A program made the translations under genes and the position numbers. This document shows positions 60,623 to 64,000 of a stretch of 64,000 nt of DNA, one piece after another; the stretch's first letter is position 1; every line of letters begins with the position of its first letter. The DNA lies in the NCBI GenBank assembly GCA_963666735.1, contig OY762926.1, positions 2,368,001-2,432,000 of the forward strand, written 5' to 3'. A model generated the notes under the pieces. That model saw only the letters and a list, made by a program, of their open reading frames with translations, had not been told where the DNA came from and made no database searches. The stretch is from Gemmatimonadota bacterium (lineage in GTDB: Bacteria > Gemmatimonadota > Gemmatimonadetes > Palauibacterales > Palauibacteraceae).

Positions 60623-60928
60623 CTACAGGGGGGGCTGGATTTCGTCCGGGGCCGCGAGACCCTCGTGGATCGCCTCCTCGATCTCGTCGAGGAGGTCCGG
60701 CCACTCGAGCGCGGGGTTCTTCGTCACGGTGATGAAGTTCTCGACGATGAGCAGGGCGCGAACCCCGTCCACCTCGAACAGGCGGGCGGCCAGCGGGTCC
60801 TCGGCGGCGGATTCGGGATCGAAATAGCTTCGGCTCCCCTCGCCCGGGATGTCGCGGTCGAGCACGAACTTCGCCGCGTGCGGATTCGGGGTTCCCTCGA
60901 CGGTGATCTGGATGCCGGGGTCTGTCAT
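60623..60928 (-). CDS. Nfu/NifU N-terminal domain protein
   Basis: EGTPNPHAAKF, PLAARLFEVDGV, NFITVTK..W. Confidence 0.88.
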   Translation of the reverse strand: MTDPGIQITVEGTPNPHAAKFVLDRDIPGEGSRSYFDPESAAEDPLAARLFEVDGVRALLIVENFITVTKNPALEWPDLLDEIEEAIHEGLAAPDEIQPPL

Positions 60929-61062
60929 CGGGTCCGGAGTTGGTGGCGGTGGATGCGATCCGTTTGAGTATCGGCAGGCTGGGCTTGCTCGCAAGGCCTC
61001 CTTGCCCGGACATCCTCCCGCGGGCACGATGCGAACGCGGACCCACCGACCCTGGATGATCC

Positions 61063-61533
61063 ATGATCGCTCACAGGCAACGCGGACTCGGCGCCGTCGT
61101 TCCGGTGGCGGCGCTGGCGGGCCTCGCGGGGGCCACCGCGGCGGCGGCGCAATCGGGCCCCGCCGGGCGGGCGCCGGATCGCGTCCTCGCCTTCCCCGCC
61201 CCGGTCGGAGAGGAACGGCTGGACGTGGACCGCGGAGCCGTGGGGGCCTGGCACCGGATCCGCAAGCTCGCCACGACGGCCAGCCTGCTCCACGTCACCG
61301 CCCACCCGGACGACGAGCACGCCGGCATGCTTACGCTGGCCAGCCGGGGGTGGGGCGCCCGGACGGCGCTGCTCAGCCTCAACCGCGGCGAGGCCGGGGC
61401 GAACGCGACCGGCCCGGAACTCTTCGACGCCCTCGGCCTCATCCGGACCCGCGAACTCGTCCTCTCCGGCCGCTACTACGGTCTGGACGACCTCTACTTC
61501 ACGACGGCGGTCGACTACGGCTACTCGAAGTCG
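61063..61533 (+). pseudogene. PIG-L family deacetylase, 5' fragment
   Basis: AHPDDE, NRGEAGAN, GLIRTREL, DYGYSKS, then abrupt switch to transposase sequence. Confidence 0.85.
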
Positions 61534-62673
61534 GTACGAGGCGGAGGGGCCGGAGGGTCTGCGTGACGGGCGAGTGGCGGGAGGCTCGCACCGTCGCGCA
61601 CCGGGTTCGGAGGTGGCGGCGCTGGAGGCGCTGTACCGGCAGGGGTACGAGGGCTGGAGCGCGCGGCACTTCCACGAGCGGTACGTGGAGGATCACGGCG
61701 GGAGGCGGTCGTACACGTGGGTGAAGAACCGCCTGCGGGCGGCCGGTCTTGTGAAGCGTGGCCGGCGTCGCGGCCGAAACCGGCTGAGGCGGCCGCGGAA
61801 GCCCCTGGAGGGGCTGATGGTGCACCGGGACGGCTCGACGCACGAGTGGGTGCCGGGGCGGGCGTGGGATCTCATCGTGACGTCGGACGACGCGACGGGG
61901 CGGGTGTACTCCGGGTTCTGCGTGGAGGAGGAGGGGACTTGGTCGAGCTTCCGGGGCGTGCGCGAGACGGTGGAGGCGAAGGGGGTGTTCGCGAGCCTGT
62001 ACACGGACCGGGGGTCTCACTACCGGCACACGCCGAAGGCCGGGGGGAAGGTGGACAAGGGGAAGCCGACCCAGTTCGGGCGGGCGATGGGGGAGCTGGG
62101 GATCGAGATGATTCCGTGGTACTCGCCGCGGGCGCGGGGGCGGTGCGAGCGCCTGTTCCGGACGCTTCAGGGACTGTCTGCCCAACGAGCTGGCCCGCGA
62201 GGGGATCGCGGACGTGGAGGGGGCCAACGAGTACCTGAACGGGTACTGGCCGCGGTTCAACGCGGCGTTCGGGGTGGAGGCGGCCGGGGACGGGACGGCG
62301 TTCGTGCCGCTGCCGGAGGTGGGGCTGGACGACATCCCGTGCCTGCGGGAGACGCGGACGGTCGGCAACGACAACTGCGCGTCGTACGATGGCGGGCGGC
62401 TCCGGGATCGAGCCCCAACCGCACCGGATCCACTACGTCCGGGCGAAGGTTCGGGTGCACGAGTACGAGGACGGGAGTCTGGCGGTGTTCCACGAGACGC
62501 TCCGCCTGGGCCGCTACGACCGGGAGGGATGTCCGCCGGGTGCCCTCAACGGGGCGAAGGGGCATCGTCGTGAGGCGGCCCATGGCACCCGCTCCGGCTC
62601 GTCTCCGCAGCCACGATGTTCAAACCGGACATGTTACGTGCTACAAAACCGGACAACTTCATTGCTCCTTACA
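61532..62673 (+). mobile_element. 5'-truncated, frameshifted IS1202/ISNCY-type element
   Basis: RYEAEGPEGLRD, DGSTHEW, DDATG, YTDRGSHY, ARGRCERLF; frameshifts; end with AAACCGGACA x2 (62622, 62646) and terminal ACA. Confidence 0.8.
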
Positions 62674-62843
62674 CTGATCCTAGCGGCGGTGCTGACGCCT
62701 GGGTTAGCGTAGTAGATAGGTAACTGCCACGTTTGAATTTGCGTATCTGCTGCGATGCGACGCGAGTCGGCAGAGCGGAACCGCCGGGCGGTCCATCGGG
62801 TGTCCGCAACGCGATTGAAGGTCCTAACAGGAGGGAATCGCTC

Positions 62844-63080
62844 ATGAGTGTGAGAACCAAGCTGTCGTTTCTTGGAGTTGTTCTCGCGGCGCTACTCTGG
62901 GGCGGAGGCGTCGTTGCAGGTCAAATTCGGGCACCGGTGGCCGAGCTGGATCGGACAGATGACGCGGCTAGACCGCTATGCTGTGCACTGGCACATCGGC
63001 CAGATTGTTGCACGGTCGCGATCAGATGCCTGCCGGGCGACACGTGCTGCACGTGTGGGTCTCCTTGCCGTCCAGGCTAG
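62844..63080 (+). CDS. Secreted 9-Cys peptide precursor C (78 aa)
   Basis: AGGAGG RBS; signal peptide; ...PLCCALAHRPDCCTVAIRCLPGDTCCTCGSPCRPG. Confidence 0.75.
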   Translation: MSVRTKLSFLGVVLAALLWGGGVVAGQIRAPVAELDRTDDAARPLCCALAHRPDCCTVAIRCLPGDTCCTCGSPCRPG

Positions 63081-64000
63081 TCGCGCTAACCGCCTGCGCC
63101 TTCCTTGCCGGAGGCGCCGTCGCAGTAGCGGGCTGCGACCCCGGCGGCCGTGGCGAATGGGCGGGAACGGAGTACGACAGCGTCGGCGTCAGGGTCGTGG
63201 CCAATCCCCTGGTTGCCCTCTGGACCCGAAGCACTGCCTGGCGCGTCGAGCGCGACCTCACAATTGGGACGGACACTGGTCTGCCGGAATACGAGTTCGG
63301 TCGGGTTGTGGATGTGGATGTGGGTCGCGATGGGATGATCTACGCGCTGGACCAGATGTCAGCTCAGGTGCGGGTCTTTGATTCAAGGGGTGAACATCTC
63401 TTCTCCTTTGGCGGCTTGGGGGAAGGCCCTGGGGAACTGAGCAATCACGACCCGCTCGGTGCCCTGGCGGTGCTTGCCGATTCCGGGGGCGACTTGCTCG
63501 TCGTTGATCGCGTAAACAACCGACTGAATCGGTTCACGGGCGATGGCGAGTTTCTGGGATATGTGGACTTGGGTGTCCAGAGCGGCGAGGTCGAGCCCAT
63601 CGCTTCGGGGATCCTGCCGAATGGCGACTATCTCGTGCATCGCGTGGTCCGCGATCGGTGGAACGGAATCCTGCGGGTCGACCCACATGAAGGTCCAACC
63701 CTGGACACGCTATTGGCGTTCTCCCTCCAGCCGAGTGCGTGGGGACTCACACGGAGGAACGAGCAGGGACGCACGGAGGCCCTCATGCACTCACCGCTTT
63801 GGTCGATATTACCGGACGGCCGGCTGGTAGCCGGACGATCCGATCAGTCGTCCTTTCAGGTGTGGGGACCCGGCAAGCGGCTGAAAATGGTGGTAAGGAG
63901 ACATGAGCCCAACCCCATTCTCTCCGAATCGGGCCAGGAACGCTATCTGGATCGCCTGATGGAGATCTGGGAGACGATGTTCAGAGACGAGGGGGAGTCG
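63065..64000 (+). CDS. Beta-propeller lipoprotein of locus C (runs off window; start 63026-63065)
   Basis: Translated by hand: VAGC lipobox, YDSVGV, TIGTDTGLPEYEFGRV, FGGLGEGPGEL. Confidence 0.8.
   Translation, partial: MPSRLVALTACAFLAGGAVAVAGCDPGGRGEWAGTEYDSVGVRVVANPLVALWTRSTAWRVERDLTIGTDTGLPEYEFGRVVDVDVGRDGMIYALDQMSAQVRVFDSRGEHLFSFGGLGEGPGELSNHDPLGALAVLADSGGDLLVVDRVNNRLNRFTGDGEFLGYVDLGVQSGEVEPIASGILPNGDYLVHRVVRDRWNGILRVDPHEGPTLDTLLAFSLQPSAWGLTRRNEQGRTEALMHSPLWSILPDGRLVAGRSDQSSFQVWGPGKRLKMVVRRHEPNPILSESGQERYLDRLMEIWETMFRDEGES

Noticed and set aside
1..64000. CRISPR array, tRNA or rRNA genes
   Set aside because: No regularly spaced repeats or recognisable RNA gene seen by eye; a covariance search was not possible

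Overview
GC-rich bacterial chromosome segment; the gene content (expanded beta-propeller lipoproteins, plug-only proteins, M56-TonB fusion) suggests Gemmatimonadota, which is an inference. Positions 1-44.7 kb are mostly core genes: carB, argG-argH-argR with tandem ARG boxes, a HigB(nonsense)-HigA/ImmA pair, D-aminoacylase, FAD oxidase, DUF2723, an ECF sigma/anti-sigma/HEAT operon running into seven tandem beta-propeller genes, ornithine aminotransferase, trpE, vWA, ubiE/menG, an ABC-2 transporter, tupABC, a serine hydrolase and a MATE pump. Positions 44.7-64 kb are accessory and IS-rich. The main finding is a repeated cassette: a small Sec-signal, cysteine-rich peptide gene next to a DsbA-like CxxC oxidoreductase and/or a six-bladed beta-propeller. 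Four such peptides occur in three loci. Two share a C-x7-C-x3-C-x3-C-x5/7-CC framework, and in one locus DsbA and the propeller are fused and coupled to the peptide gene. This looks like a secreted disulfide-rich peptide system with its own folding machinery; its function and novelty are untested. An IS1380-type element is nested in the end of an IS1202/ISNCY-type element, whose terminal TTGACA supplies the -35 of a near-consensus promoter for one peptide locus.
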